The position numbers were made by a program, and so were the translations under genes. From positions 37,014,001-37,078,000 of the forward strand of contig OZ024755.1 of the NCBI GenBank assembly GCA_964016885.1: a stretch of DNA of 64,000 nucleotides, in the 5' to 3' direction. Shown in pieces: positions 14,786 to 30,282 of this stretch; position 1 is the stretch's first letter; the number at the start of each line of letters is the position of its first letter. The notes below the pieces were generated by a model. It worked only from the letters and a program-made list of their open reading frames with translations. It did not search any database and was not told the DNA's origin. The DNA comes from Eledone cirrhosa. Taxonomy: Eukaryota.

Positions 14786-15077
14786 CAGTCATGGGCAACC
14801 TGCAGCCCGCGAAGCTTTCTGAATGGCTCGCCTAAGTCACCTAAGTGAAATCTTTCTGATTTTTTTACCCCAACTTTTCAGTCGTAATTTATCTTTCTAT
14901 CATTTTTACGACCGAAGAAAACAACGTGTACGAATTCTGAAGAAACAAATCAAAACAACCTGAGTTACGGCCCTTTCTTTTTAATGTGGGCACGAATGTA
15001 AATTAGCGCTTGCGGCCCGCCTGATGATGAACCATATCTCATGCGGCCCGCTTCTCGAAAAAGGTTGCCCATGCTTG
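14786..15077. mobile_element. hAT-like MITE; internally deleted relative at 8436-8489
   Basis: TIR catgggcaacct/aggttgcccatg, internal gcggcccg repeats, TCTA-containing flanks. Confidence 0.7.
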
Positions 15078-15606
15078 TCTAAAGTATAACGGCTGAACAT
15101 ATTCTCCATGACTCTGGATTTAAAGCTAACAATACTTATTGCACGTTACAATAAGTGTTGTTGATGTGGTTTAGCCATGGAGTAGCCCTGGTTGAGGTTT
15201 TCTGGCAATTAACCTTCCGTATATCTAGACTAAAATACTCAATATATCTTTCAAACATCGAAGGATTTTAGGTTGTGGTATGACTGGTATTTACTTCTTA
15301 ACACTAGCTAGCCAAGAAATCACGTGAAAGCTTTCTCATTGTGTTATTTATCTCAAGGATTGGAATGGATGGTTTCGCTTTTTTAAGATATCCATACTAC
15401 CAAGGTCATGAATTGGGAGAATCGTTAGAACGTTGGATAGAATGTTTTGTGGTTTTCGTTCCGGTTCTCTGCTCTCTGAGTTCAAATCCCGCCGAGGCCA
15501 CTTTTGATTTTCATAATTTTCGAGGTCGATAAAAATGTATCAGTCCACTTCTGGGGTCGATTCTTCCTCTATATCTCTTTCTAACTTGCTCTCTCTTTCT
15601 AACTTG

Positions 15607-15638
<32 letters not shown>

Positions 15639-15989
15639 TTCCACCTCTCGCTCTCATTCTCACTCTCAATACCTCTCCGGAAAAAATCTACTGTGATCAG
15701 ACCAAGAGAGAGATGGGCTCCTCCAGGTTTTAAAATAGCCCCCAAAATGCCGTATGCCACTACAGCACCCCAACGAATCCACCAGGAATGACGGGACCAT
15801 GTATGCAAACCTCTATAACCACTCTGGTTAAAACCAATTGTTCAAGCTAGAGAGAACAGCAAGGTAATATCACGGATAAAATAAAAACCGCATTCTATTA
15901 CTTCTAAAACACATGTTTTAGTTTGAAGCATATTCTGCCGCCAGAACAAATTTTACGAACATCATTATTGGGAAATTTCTTTGCCATAA

Positions 15990-17920
15990 CTCTTTGCTGC
16001 AAAGCATGGCGTCTGACGCCAGGCTTTGCAGCAAAGAGTTACGGCCTTTTATGGTCTGAGTTTAATTCCCGCCGAGGTTAACTTTGCCTTTCATCCTTAC
16101 AGGGTCGATAAAATAAAGTACCAGTAATAAACTGAGATAATTGTTGGCCTTGTGCCAAAAGTAGAAACAATTATTGGGAATTTTTGTCACTTTACACAAT
16201 GAAGCACTTTTTTTCAGTCAGGATAACACAATTTATCATGAATAAATCAATCTGTCAAATGTTTGCAAAGAACAGCTTGTTTCGGACACGACGCTAACAC
16301 ATAAATCATATTTTCTTTAAATTAAGAAATTTCGAACTTACACTATAGTATCGTGTCATTCATCATTTTGCATTTTCATGATGTATCAAACGTAAAGATA
16401 ATTCACTGTTAGTCTGTAATGAGAGACACGTGTCTCCCAACAAGGTAGTGGCGTATTTATGCAGGCACTCAAAAATTATTCCGGGGCATTTTGTGCTTAC
16501 ATAAAGTGTATGTTAATTCAGATTTGGGAATAGAGCATAAGAGAAAACGCAATAGGGTGCCCTCCTTGTTATAAAGTTGTGGCAACAGATGTGTCTCCGG
16601 CGTCGGTAACAATGCTGAATAGAGTTGTCAATACGGTAAATGCAATGATTCTATATGTTGATGTAAATAGGTTCGGGGGAAGTATGTCTTTTAAACAATG
16701 AGATAAGTAGTACATTTTATAAGTGTCTTATTTTATCGGAAAGATTTGCTATTCATAAAGATTTGTTATAAACCAGCAAACCAAGAATATTTTCAACTTA
16801 CATTTTATCATAATGAAAGTAAAGACTTTTAAGGGTAATACGTAGTTAGCATTATATTTTATTGACAGTATCCATAGAGCGTCGGACACACTGCTTCGTG
16901 GCATAAAGTTACAGCCCTTTACGTTCTGAATTCAAATTCCGCCGAGGCTAGCTTTGCTTTTCATCCTTACGGGGTGGATAAAATACAGGATCAGTAACGC
17001 ACTGGGGTCGATTTAATTAACTTTATCCACCCCCAAAATTGCTGGCCTGGTTCCTAAACCAGAAACCATTGGTGGATTGGCAGTATCAGTAGAGGGTCGG
17101 ACGCCATGCTTTCCAGCATAGTTACGTCCCTTTACGATCTGAGTTCAAATCCCGCCGAGGTTGACTTTGCCTTTCATCCTTACGGGGTCGATAAAATAAA
17201 GTACCAGTAATGCACTGGGTAATTGCTGGCCTTGTGCCTAAAGTAGAAACCATTATATTTTATTGTCCGCTCTTCAATACAGTGAACCAGATTTCATGTT
17301 TTATTTAACAGTATTAACCAATAAATGAAATTAAAATTAAACCTGTTACACATTATGAAAATATTTCCATAGCCGTGTTACGGGCACTCAATAGATTTAA
17401 GAAACACAACAATTGTTTCTACCTTTGATACAAGGCCAGTATTACTGCTACTTTATTTTATCGACCCCGTAAGGCAAAGTCAAATCCCGCCGAGGTTAAC
17501 TTTGCCTTTAATCCTTACTGGGTCGATAAAAGAAAGTACCAGTAATGCACTGCAGTAGATTTAATCAACTTTCCCCTCTCCCCCCATAAATTACTGGCCT
17601 TGTGCCTAATGTAGAAACAATTACATAAAAACATCAACTTCACATCAAATTCACACCAGGTGTATATAGTTTACAGAAGCGAAATATTAGAGTCATCTCT
17701 TAACACTTGCATGGCATTATACATTATAAGGCGGTGGATTGGCAGTATCGGTAGAGCGTCAGACGCCATGCTTTACAGCATAGAGTTATGGCCCTTAACA
17801 TTCTGACTCAAATCCCGCCGAGGTTAACTTTGCCTGTCATCCTTACAGGGTCGATAAAATAAAGTACCAGTAATGTACTGAGTATTTGCTGGCCTTGTGC
17901 CAAAAGTAGAAACAATTATT
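15990..17920. mobile_element. SINE cluster (15990-16175, 16860-17070, 17070-17255, 17410-17625, 17729-17920), interleaved with gypsy remnant
   Basis: Consensus matches; 15990-16040 and 17410-17480 are inverted partial segments. Confidence 0.85.
16380..16640 (-). mobile_element. Ty3/gypsy RNase H remnant
   Basis: FSIVTDAGDTSVATTL*QGGHPIAF ... RHYLVGRHVSLITD*Q with stops and frameshifts. Confidence 0.65.
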
Positions 17921-18162
17921 ACCACTGATGGTTTTATGTCTAAAATGTTCAACTTTGCAATATCAACTTGGACGAAACTACTTGAGTTTTCACAGCCGAA
18001 GTTTTTATTGAATGAGAACAAATAATAATTAGTGTAAAGCAGCCAATGTCCCTTTGATAATGAAAAAGTAATTTGTATGGGATATTTACGTTGCCTCATG
18101 TGCACACCTGAACTATGTAAAATTTCTAACTCATCAATAATACATGGCAACCACAACGCTCA

Positions 18163-18254
<92 letters not shown>

Positions 18255-18407
18255 CGTGTGTGCGTGTGCGTATGTGTGTGTGTGTGTGATTATATATATG
18301 TATATATATGTATATACACACACACACACGCATATATATATATATATATACATATTAGTGACGAAACATAAGTCAATTGCATGAACTCATAATCCTTTAT
18401 TTAGTGT

Positions 18408-18453
18408 TATATATATTTCGATGATAGCCATTGAATGGCTATGACCTCATCAG
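18408..18453 (-). ncRNA. Hammerhead core lacking clear stem I
   Basis: Minus strand: CTGATGA-ggtc atagccat tca atggctat catc-GAAA-tatatata. Confidence 0.5.
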
Positions 18454-18535
18454 GCAGTTAGTCAGTTCTTAGATATGCCAGCTCAGTGTTTATGGTGTTG
18501 ATGCTATCAGAGCCTTGGGACATATCATATATATA

Positions 18536-18600
<65 letters not shown>

Positions 18601-18762
18601 ATGTATATTATATATATATGTGTATATTATATATATATATGTGTGTGTGTCTGATTTTATATATATATAAAATCACATATATATAAAATCACATATATAT
18701 ATAAATCACATATATATATAAATCATATATATATATATAAAATCACATATATATATATATAG

Positions 18763-18810
<48 letters not shown>

Positions 18811-19246
18811 AGATGGATATAGACCGTTAGGAATTATATAACAGATGTGAGTTAAATACTGTTTAACAGAAAAGATTTATTTCAAATAGATTCGCTTCAA
18901 ATGTTTATTCAATAGAAAGATATGTGACAGATGTGTGAAAAGAATCATGAAATATAAATAGTTACGGTTGTCACGTAGTATACCTAAATATCCGTGGAGA
19001 ATCTAGGAAGTGTATATATGAGACACTGGCCAGTACGGTTTGTAATAAGTGGACACAGTTTTTAGATGATGTTATGTAATCATATTTATCTTATATATGA
19101 CAAATATATGATCGAGACATCTTCTAACCCTGGAGAGGAATTCCATTTGGGATTTATATATTGGTGTGTTGCAAGATAAACAAAGCGTACACCCCCACCC
19201 CCACACGCATACACACACACGCACACACACACAGACACACACACAT

Positions 19247-19283
<37 letters not shown>

Positions 19284-19344
19284 AATATTAAACAATTTCT
19301 TAATCATTAGTTGTATATTTTTATGTATATCCAACTATCTTTTT

Positions 19345-19382
<38 letters not shown>

Positions 19383-19387
19383 CTTTC

Positions 19388-19431
<44 letters not shown>

Positions 19432-19568
19432 GAAAGATATATATATATATATACGTGTGTGTGTATGTATATGTTTGTGTAAGAAAAAAGATAGCTGGAT
19501 ATACATAAAAATATACAACTAATGATGAAGAAATTGTTTACTATATATATATTTAATAGATATATATA

Positions 19569-19621
<53 letters not shown>

Positions 19622-19794
19622 AATGAGTAGGACCCCGACGGCTGAGCTCAAGCCGTTTCGTCGGCTAATTCTGGATAATTCGACGGCTAATTCAGTCCAG
19701 AATTAGCCGTCGAAACGGCTTGAGCTCAGCCGTCGGGGTCCTACTCGTTCCTATTACCTATTACCCACTCTACTACCCTAAGTATTGATTACTT

Positions 19795-19878
<84 letters not shown>

Positions 19879-20083
19879 AGGGAGTGTAACGCGGAGTTAC
19901 TGAAGGTTCACCCGGGTGACCACTCGATGTTTAGGTTCACGTCGGTATCGAAGTGTAGAGTTAGAGAGGCGAAAACATTCCCTGTAATTAATCCACCAAT
20001 CAAAACAACTTTTACTGAGCTGCATATGCACGTTAGACGTTTTCGGGCGCCATGTATATTTATTCTGTCATTACAACCACAGA

Positions 20084-20167
20084 GGTCCGACGAGCCATTG
20101 ATTACAGAGTCGGTCTAGACGATACTGATCGAACCTTGAACTGATCAATAGCGAAACGCGCGTCACC
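20084..20167 (+). ncRNA. Hammerhead-like motif with CCGACGA core, family H
   Basis: ggt-CCGACGA-gccattgatta...tgatcaatagc-GAAA-cgcgcg-TC-acc; partial copy at 49800-50003. Confidence 0.65.
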
Positions 20168-20235
20168 AACCAATGAACGTAATGAAGGAGTAACCATTCG
20201 TCTTTGTGGTATTATATATATATATATATATATAT

Positions 20236-20366
20236 CCGTTATTCCGGGTTGAATCGGAGGTAACCAGAGTAAGTAAGGTACTCAATACATAGCAGAGTAT
20301 AAAAGTTTTAATATAGATGAGATTCTACAGGACTAGAACTGTTTCATTCTTTAGAAATCATCAGGA
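20236..20366 (-). mobile_element. Family A ribozyme-bearing short repeat in (TA)n; other copies 2379-2558, 5783-5950, 22915-22980, 46170-46296, 51360-51490
   Basis: Shared gaaacagttctagtcctgtagaa...tattgagtaccttacttactgtggttacc...gattgaacccgg sequence; intact core at 20320-20366. Confidence 0.75.
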
Positions 20367-20992
20367 CAGACATAGACATATATATATATATATGTGTGTC
20401 TGTGTGTGTGTATATATAAATATATATATATATAATTATATATATATGTGTGTGTGTATATATAAATATATATATATATAATTATATATATATATATTGA
20501 CTGTTGTTTCTTGTAAACAAACATTCGTCTCATTCTGACGTCACCAGCCCTATCCTTCCACATGTGCGTTTTATTTTTCATAATCACCACATGATGGTGA
20601 ACTAGCCTGTTTTAAATTCCCTTTTTGGCATATTAATCTGTGAGAATTTTGGTTATCGAGTTGAGCTCTGCTGAGGATCGAATTCCAACCGTGACCATCT
20701 CCACTGAAAGTGTTCGTGAAATAGTCTTTAAGACTATCCAGAGCATTTGAAGTTTTTCCAAATTGAAGGATGAGTATTTTAAACTTTATTTTATCATGAG
20801 TTAAGGCTCTATTGATTTTCCCCTGGATTTCACTAAATTCTGTGGATGAATCTATATTCTGATTCTCTTAGAGATGAGTTTGATTTATTTTTCCCACATC
20901 TTACGTTAACTATTTTTCCATTTTGACGCTATAGTCACTTATATATTATGGAATACTGTTGGCTTCTTGCTACAATGTTTTCTATACCTTTC

Positions 20993-21075
<83 letters not shown>

Positions 21076-21397
21076 GGTATCCACCGTAAATTTGAAAACA
21101 GCTGGTGATATGCATGTAAGTAAATATTCTCTCTATCTGATAGTTTGTAAACTTACATAGATCGATAACGGAGTATAGATTCAATGTATTATCACCATCT
21201 AGAAACGATCGTAAAACAGTGAAGTATATCTCTAATGACTTGATTTTTTATTTCATTGTTTTAACTTATATATATATATATATGTAGAAGTTCTATTTAA
21301 ACTGTTGGGATAAAACAAGCAAATATTTTTATAACTGATATAAAGCACTCAACAAATTATTGAACTATCCGGGAGCTTCCAACAGAAATGGTCGCAT

Positions 21398-21577
21398 TTG
21401 GCAGTATCAGCAGAGGGTCGGACGCCATGCTTTCCAGCATAGTTACGTCCCTTTACGATCTGAGTTCAAATCCCGCCGAGGTTGACTTTGCCTATCATCC
21501 TTACGGGGTCGATAAAATAAAGTACCAGTAATGCACTGGTTAATTGCTGGCCTTGTGCCTAAAGTAGAAACAATTAT
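21398..21577 (+). mobile_element. SINE copy
   Basis: Full consensus match. Confidence 0.88.
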
Positions 21578-21750
21578 TTAAGGGTATGTCAATATTTATT
21601 TATAAAAATTGTATATATTATATTTTATCTAATGAAAGCACACCATAATTTAACTTGCTGTTCTTGAAATATGTATAATGAAATAAATATGGTTTTATAT
21701 ATAGTTTCCATTTGTTAATATATCGTATATATATATATATATATATAAAA

Positions 21751-21848
<98 letters not shown>

Positions 21849-21894
21849 TGTGTGTGTCTGTGTGTGTGGGTCTGTCTATGTCTGTGTGTATACA

Positions 21895-21957
<63 letters not shown>

Positions 21958-22368
21958 GTACCTTGGTTATATAGGCAGATGAAAGTACATGTATTTTATG
22001 GTTGTGTGTGTCTGAGTGAGTGTGTTTTTTCATGTGTGTATACTTGAATGTGATGTGAATTTGTTGGTGGGAATCTCGATGTTGACGTATATCTGCACAT
22101 ATTGAAGAAGTAACTTGTATGAAGTGAGAAGTTTGCGATAGAGACCGACGAGTGGCCTCCATATTGGCTGTGGGCGTTGTTGGCCAATATTCTCATTAAT
22201 TACATTAATTAATAGCGATTTCGAAGACAAAAACACCTAAAATTATACATAGAGAATTAATAGATACTCGCCCATACATATGTATACTTACACGCACACA
22301 TAGACATACATACGCACACACAAACATATTTGTGCATACATAAACACAGATGCGCAGATAGGTGTATG

Positions 22369-22400
<32 letters not shown>

Positions 22401-22424
22401 CATACATACACCTACATATAGGTG

Positions 22425-22506
<82 letters not shown>

Positions 22507-22518
22507 AACATGTATATG

Positions 22519-22572
<54 letters not shown>

Positions 22573-22784
22573 TATACAAACATATATATATGTATATATG
22601 TATTTATACATACATACATACACACATATATATATAGAGTGTATATAGATAAATATATATACATATATAGGTGCGTGTATGTACACACACACACACACAC
22701 ACGAACCCACACACACATACATATATATGTATATATAAGTGCACTTAATACCGAGTATATATATATATATATAAGTGCGTGTAA

Positions 22785-22870
<86 letters not shown>

Positions 22871-22914
22871 TTACACGCACTTATATATATATATATACTC
22901 GGTATTATGTGCAC

Positions 22915-22965
22915 AGATTCCTGATGATTTCTAATGAATGAAACAGTTCTAGTCCTGTAGAATCT
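22915..22965 (+). ncRNA. Type I hammerhead ribozyme motif, family A
   Basis: agattc-CTGATGA-tttc taat gaat-GAAA-cag ttctagtc ctg-TA-gaatct. 6-bp stem I, 4-bp stem III, GUA at 22957-22959. Confidence 0.82.
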
Positions 22966-22977
22966 CATCTATATTAA

Positions 22978-23033
<56 letters not shown>

Positions 23034-23042
23034 TTACACGCA

Positions 23043-23091
<49 letters not shown>

Positions 23092-23486
23092 TCTCTACTA
23101 TGTGCGTTCGAGTTTATGGCAAGTGTATATATACACACATACACACATACACACAGAGTGAGTATAGTTGCGCACCCTGTCAGTGTATTATATGCTGACA
23201 CTGTAGCACATTAGCAAGGTACTAAAACCCTGTAACAAAGATGCGACTGGAATACGGAGAACTGTGTTTTAATTAAACGCTACAATGCACAAATATATAA
23301 GAGAGTTGTGCAGTAAGCAACTGGCTTCTTATTCTCTCTAATAGTAATGGGAAATATTCCGAAAACATAAAAAGCTCGTTTTCAATATCAAGCCCGTAAC
23401 TGCTAACATTTTTGTAGCCAGCAATTAACAATTAAGAAATCAACCAGACATTTCACCATGGATCGATATACATGATATCACATTGA

Positions 23487-23563
<77 letters not shown>

Positions 23564-23615
23564 CATACACGCACACACATATATATATATATACATATAT
23601 GTACATATATAAATG

Positions 23616-23670
<55 letters not shown>

Positions 23671-23835
23671 GTATATATATATGTATATATATATGTGTAT
23701 ATATATAAATATATATATACATACACACACACATATATATGTATGTATATAAATATATATGTATATTTTTATATATATACATATATATATGTATGTATAT
23801 AAATATATATATATATATACATATATATATGTATG

Positions 23836-23877
<42 letters not shown>

Positions 23878-23936
23878 TATATACATATATATATATATGT
23901 ATATAAATATATATATATATACATATATATATATAA

Positions 23937-24013
<77 letters not shown>

Positions 24014-24135
24014 CATGTATATATATATATATGTATACATGTATATATATATATCTATACATACATGTATGCATATATATATATGTATATGTATATATGT
24101 ACATATATATGTTTATACACATAATATATATATAA

Positions 24136-24181
<46 letters not shown>

Positions 24182-24330
24182 GCATATATACGTACATACA
24201 TATATATATACATATACATATATATGCATATATACGTACATATATATATATATACATATATATATATACATACATATATACATGTTTATGCGTGTCCGTG
24301 TGTATTTGTGTTAGTGTATATTGATATACC

Positions 24331-24406
<76 letters not shown>

Positions 24407-24409
24407 CCT

Positions 24410-24440
<31 letters not shown>

Positions 24441-24471
24441 CCTACACACATATATATATATATATATACCT

Positions 24472-24552
<81 letters not shown>

Positions 24553-24817
24553 CAGCAGGCGTGCGCATGTACGTACTTCGGTACGACATTGTCTCAGAGA
24601 GTGTGGCAGTACCGTGTATACGTAATTGGATTGTAGATAGAAAATGACATATGTAATAGCATAGAGGCTGTGATTTTCTATGAAATGTTAACAAAACGCA
24701 TTGATGAGTTCTTGGTGGCTCTACTAGAGTAACATCACTTTTAATTAATATCGGATTGTATTAGTGAAAGATATTAATCAATACTCCCAAATACCTATAT
24801 ATATGTATATATGTGTT

Positions 24818-24895
<78 letters not shown>

Positions 24896-24957
24896 CATAT
24901 TATGTATGTACATATATATATTTTATTTATATAAATATACAGATATAATTTTATATG

Positions 24958-25065
<108 letters not shown>

Positions 25066-25070
25066 TCACA

Positions 25071-25119
<49 letters not shown>

Positions 25120-25130
25120 GTTTGAATGTA

Positions 25131-25164
<34 letters not shown>

Positions 25165-25480
25165 GGGGCCGGGGAATATGTGTCTGCGTAATATGTAACT
25201 GCGTCTGTGTTGTGTATGAGTGTAGATTTATGTAAGCGGGTATATTGACTTCTAATTTCATTTAGGACACATGAAAGCTAGGCAGAGATATATGTCTCTG
25301 GCACAGTTGCTTTCCTAAGGACGTTTCTGAAAACATGTCTAATGAATATAGGTCTCCATATACATCATGTAACGTTGCTTTGGACACTGGAAGTTTTAGA
25401 AACAATGGTGGGAGTTATTGATTCAGTACCTCGGTATCTATACGGTAGAACATATGTATACGTATGTAAATATGTATGTT

Positions 25481-25588
<108 letters not shown>

Positions 25589-25617
25589 AAATAATAGAGG
25601 TGTAACACACAAGTTAT

Positions 25618-26010
25618 TATATATTGGTAAACGGAATAGAAAATGCTGACAAATTGTTCACAGTGAAAAATGGTTTAATTAGGAATAAATGAGAATTAGT
25701 AATTGTATTGGTTAGTATTCAGTTTTGGTTTCAAGTTTTACCGGTTGCGCATTTCTAAATGCTTTTCAAAAATAATTTTGAGATAGAGCGTCCGTGATGT
25801 TTGCTCTGATCATAGAGCAAACATCAGATCAGAGCAAACATCACGGACGCTCTATCTCAAAAATATTTTTGAAAAGCATTTAGAAATGCGCAACCGGTAA
25901 AACTTAAAACCAAAACTGAATACTAACCAATACAATTACTAATTCTCATTTATTCCTAATTAAACCACTTTTCACTGTGAACAATTTGTCAGCATTTTCT
26001 ATTCCGTTTA

Positions 26011-26020
<10 letters not shown>
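25618..26020. repeat. Near-perfect inverted repeat, 194-bp arms, 15-bp spacer
   Basis: Arms 25618-25811 and 25827-26020; single-arm copy at 49198-49378. Confidence 0.93.
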
Positions 26021-26088
<68 letters not shown>

Positions 26089-26137
26089 TATAAATAAATC
26101 AGGAAAGAAGAGTGACACGGTTTGCTATACAATCATT

Positions 26138-26243
26138 GCTGACAATTGTTTCTCTGAACTGGTAGGTCTAGAGATCGCCACCCGCTTGTTTTCACGTCAT
26201 TCGATCACCAATACTTAGTTGTAACCAGTCAATTCATGGGAGC
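26138..26243 (-). ncRNA. Degenerate hammerhead-like motif
   Basis: Minus strand: gct-CCCATGA-attgactggt...accagttcaga-GAAA-caattg-TC-agc. Confidence 0.45.
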
Positions 26244-26594
26244 TTGTGAGAATGAAAGGAATATACAGGCATGGCTACTATATATAGTAGTAATGGCATT
26301 CAATCAGAACAATAACAACAATACTAACAATGCTAGAGAAACAATTGTCAGAGAAACAATTGTCAACAATGAGATTAAAAACCTTTTTTGTATAGCAAAC
26401 CGTGTCACTCTTCTTTCCTGATTTATCATTACTCCAAGTGTTTACAACATAGAAATTACCGCGCTACTCGCAGCATCACTATGGAAACGCCTTGTTGAGT
26501 CAAACTTAGCCAAGCGTTGATATCATCCACTACTCGGAGTACCATAACTGGACTTTACTTAAGTGGACTACCTATAACAATAATCTGTTACCTC

Positions 26595-26769
<175 letters not shown>

Positions 26770-27324
26770 CGTATATATATATATGCATACGCACACACAC
26801 AGACATATATATAACTCTAAAATATGCAGCGAGTATATATAAATATATATATTTATACATGGTGGCTGCCAACTCGTTTTCGAGTACGGCCACTACTTTA
26901 TAAACATGTAGGAGAACCCCTACCGATGCACTGAACAAGTGTGACTCTTTAGTCCAGCCAGCGACTTGAAAACTCTGGTACAAACACTACACTTACTGAC
27001 ACATAGTGCTGGGCCCATTGTACCCTGTGATGACAAGTGCAGAGAGATCTCCAGATATAAAGAAATGCCTGTGCCGTGAAGCTTTTATAGTGAGCAAAGG
27101 CACTGCACAAAGCCAGTCCCACTCTCTTAACCAAGATGATATTTACCAAAAAGAAGAACAAGTTAACATCATTGGATACCATCAGGGTTGTAGGTGTTAT
27201 ATCAGAGCTTTCCTTCTCCTAGAATTCTGCCTTGACAAAGGCTAAGGGGTCATCTCTCCCGGTGATTTTGGATGGCCATTGACTCTTAAGAGCTCCTTTG
27301 CCCTTTGACAGGTTTATACATACA

Positions 27325-27630
<306 letters not shown>

Positions 27631-27631
27631 C

Positions 27632-27702
<71 letters not shown>

Positions 27703-27703
27703 C

Positions 27704-27750
<47 letters not shown>

Positions 27751-28134
27751 CTCACTGTATACATGTATATGTATATATATGTATATATATATTGAAAGCA
27801 AATCATTTTTTCGCATTATGCTTCCGCCAAAATGATTATTAAAGACTTGGTTTGCGTGTGTATAATGTATGAAAAATAAAATATATTAAATAAACCATTT
27901 AATACATGTATAGCAGTGTTGCAGCCATTTCCTAACAATTTACCAACCCCTGCAGCTTTGGGAATGAAACTCATCGAGTACGTGGGTGGTATCACTGGAA
28001 TCTACAATTTCGTTCCTGTTCTTGTCTGGTCCTGATGCATCAAAGTGCATTCTACAGGAATAATACCGATTGGCCCACACGGTTAGGGGGCTAGAAAATT
28101 GGGCCTAACCAAACTTCGTTTCCAATCTACTTTT

Positions 28135-29285
28135 CTAGTTGCCGAACAGCAACAACTCGGAGTCGTACAGTAGAATAGTCAGTACAACAGTCCTCTAAAT
28201 GACGATCTTTGTGCATTTTAAAAGGTGTCTGTTGTTCCAAAGGCGTTTGTACAGCCTATCGAACACGATGTTTGCCTTTCCCAGTATACTATCAACGTCT
28301 TGGCATTTAACGTGGTGGCATAACCCAGTTAACTGGACTGGTGTGGTGTACTTAGCACTGTTTCATCGATGATATTGCGAGAAGGGTGGGTATCATCATC
28401 CTCATCCGGCGGCCTCAGCCAAAATAGACTCACCAATTGATCTCCACGTGGGTCTGTCGTTCATTGCCGTTGCCAAGTCCTGGATTTCAATACCAGAATC
28501 TCTGGAGATGACATCGGGGTAGGAGAGCTTGTGCCCCTTGTTATTAGTGACTGCTTGTGGTTTCTTGAGCACTAATGGGGACACAGCCTCGTAGGTGGCA
28601 CGATGGCAGTGGCCAGCAAATAGGGGTAGGAGAGCTTGCGCCCCCTGTTATTAGTGACTGCTTGTGGTTTCCAAAGCACTAATGGGGACACAGCCTCAGA
28701 GGTGGCACTATGGCAGTGGCCAGCAAATATTACTCTCCTTTTATGTACGACAGATATGAGTGGGAGGCCGGCATATATCTCTCTCAACGTCAGATGTCAC
28801 CAGCTTATGTTCTGAATGCGTTGAAGCAGGCGAGTGTAAGTGACATCAAAGTTCTTTTGTTGTATGTGTACAACCAGAACAGCCCCGTCGACAAAAAGTA
28901 ATTCTCAGATGAGTTGTCATTAATGTGGTATTTTACACAGAAGCTTTTCTCTATAAAGAACCCTGACTCCCTCGATTGCTCCCCGTTGAACAAAGGGGTG
29001 AAAAGTATCAGTACAATGACGGACCTCTGCTTTATATTTCATATTTGGGAGGGATTGCGTGAGCTGGTGTTAACATCTGATCCTGCCACGCTGGTTCTTA
29101 GGAAACTAGGTGAATTTTGCTGAAACTTCTCATTTTTAGTGGTGAGGTGAGGCAACCTAGGCCCTCCCTAATGTCACATAGATTTCTCAGGCTGACAATC
29201 TCAAATGCTTTGATACGTACCGCACATTCCCTCCTTCATCTCCATGAATTTCTCTTGGAACTGGCTGAGAACAAATACGATTTCC
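28135..29285 (-). mobile_element. Older RTE/BovB-like RT remnant split by the nested LINE
   Basis: 29200-29285 reads VFVLSQFQEK; 28135-28380 reads DVDSILGKANIVFDRLYKRLWNNRHLLKCTKIVI*RTVVLTILLYDSE. Confidence 0.7.
28392..28860 (-). mobile_element. RTE-like LINE 3' end with ~100 bp internal duplication, nested in an older RTE
   Basis: KRRVIFAGHC...LVLWKP...RGRKLSYPDVISRDSG...AMNDRPTWR; segment duplicated at 28517-28620 and 28621-28730. Confidence 0.8.
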
Positions 29286-30246
29286 TAATAATTTACTAAG
29301 AATTTACCAACTCCTGCAGCGTCTCTGTTATCTCTGAATCCATAATGGCTCTCCGATGGGTTATATTCTCCAGTGCCTGGCACTAGACTATTGGGATTTC
29401 GCCTTCTCCCCCCCCCCCCCCCCCCCCAAAAAAAAACTTGACAGGCACCAAGGCTGGAACCTCGATTACACCTGGGTTCATTTGTTTTCGGGCTACGATT
29501 CATGAAGGTGTTGTCAGAAAGAATGACTAATGCCTAATATATAAAGCGCAAATACTTAGAGGAAGGTTGCATACAGGTTGTCCTCAATCGGTCTGAATGA
29601 TGGAAAAGAGTGTGGCTAATTGTCAGTTATTTCTCCACGCAGAACTATAATAAAAGACACCCTTGTAGTTGTCAACAACATATTTCCTAAGTGTTCCCTT
29701 TCAAGTGCTTGAATCGTGGCCTATCATGGCATTAATGTACGCTCTTGGCGTCTACAGGGATGTTTCTTATAAGCTTATACAAATTAACACTAAACTTCTT
29801 TTCTGCCCCATCTGCTCATAACGTGTAGTTTAAATCGAATTGCAAGACGCGTGGAGATGATGCCGCCTGAGTAAACCGTTGGCAGGTTTTAGGGGCTCGA
29901 GACGAAGAGGTTTCTGATAATAAAACCAAAGCTACACAGGCGAATTTTAGTTTTCGCCGGCCAAACTACTAGAGATTTTAACTGGGTTCTGTTGCTGAAG
30001 GCCGCTCTGCTCTCTCTACAAAAAAAACTTTATTGGATGGCGGTTGAGTTCCACCGCCCTTTGATAGGTTTTGCTTTTTATCCCGCAGGGTGTCCAAAAC
30101 CCCCTCCTCACCAAGCAATCTTGATGGGGTTGCCGGTTTAGTCGCCGACCACCCGACCATGCAGACGTTGTACTGGGTTACATGTTACCAGTAGCACTGA
30201 AGAGCGACCTGACATACATGCATACATACATTTATACATACATACA

Positions 30247-30282
<36 letters not shown>

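Noticed and set aside
17070-17255. tRNA genes
   Set aside because: The A/B boxes belong to SINE heads; no cloverleaf.
29450-29900. Possible gypsy integrase remnant
   Set aside because: Similarity too weak to support by eye.
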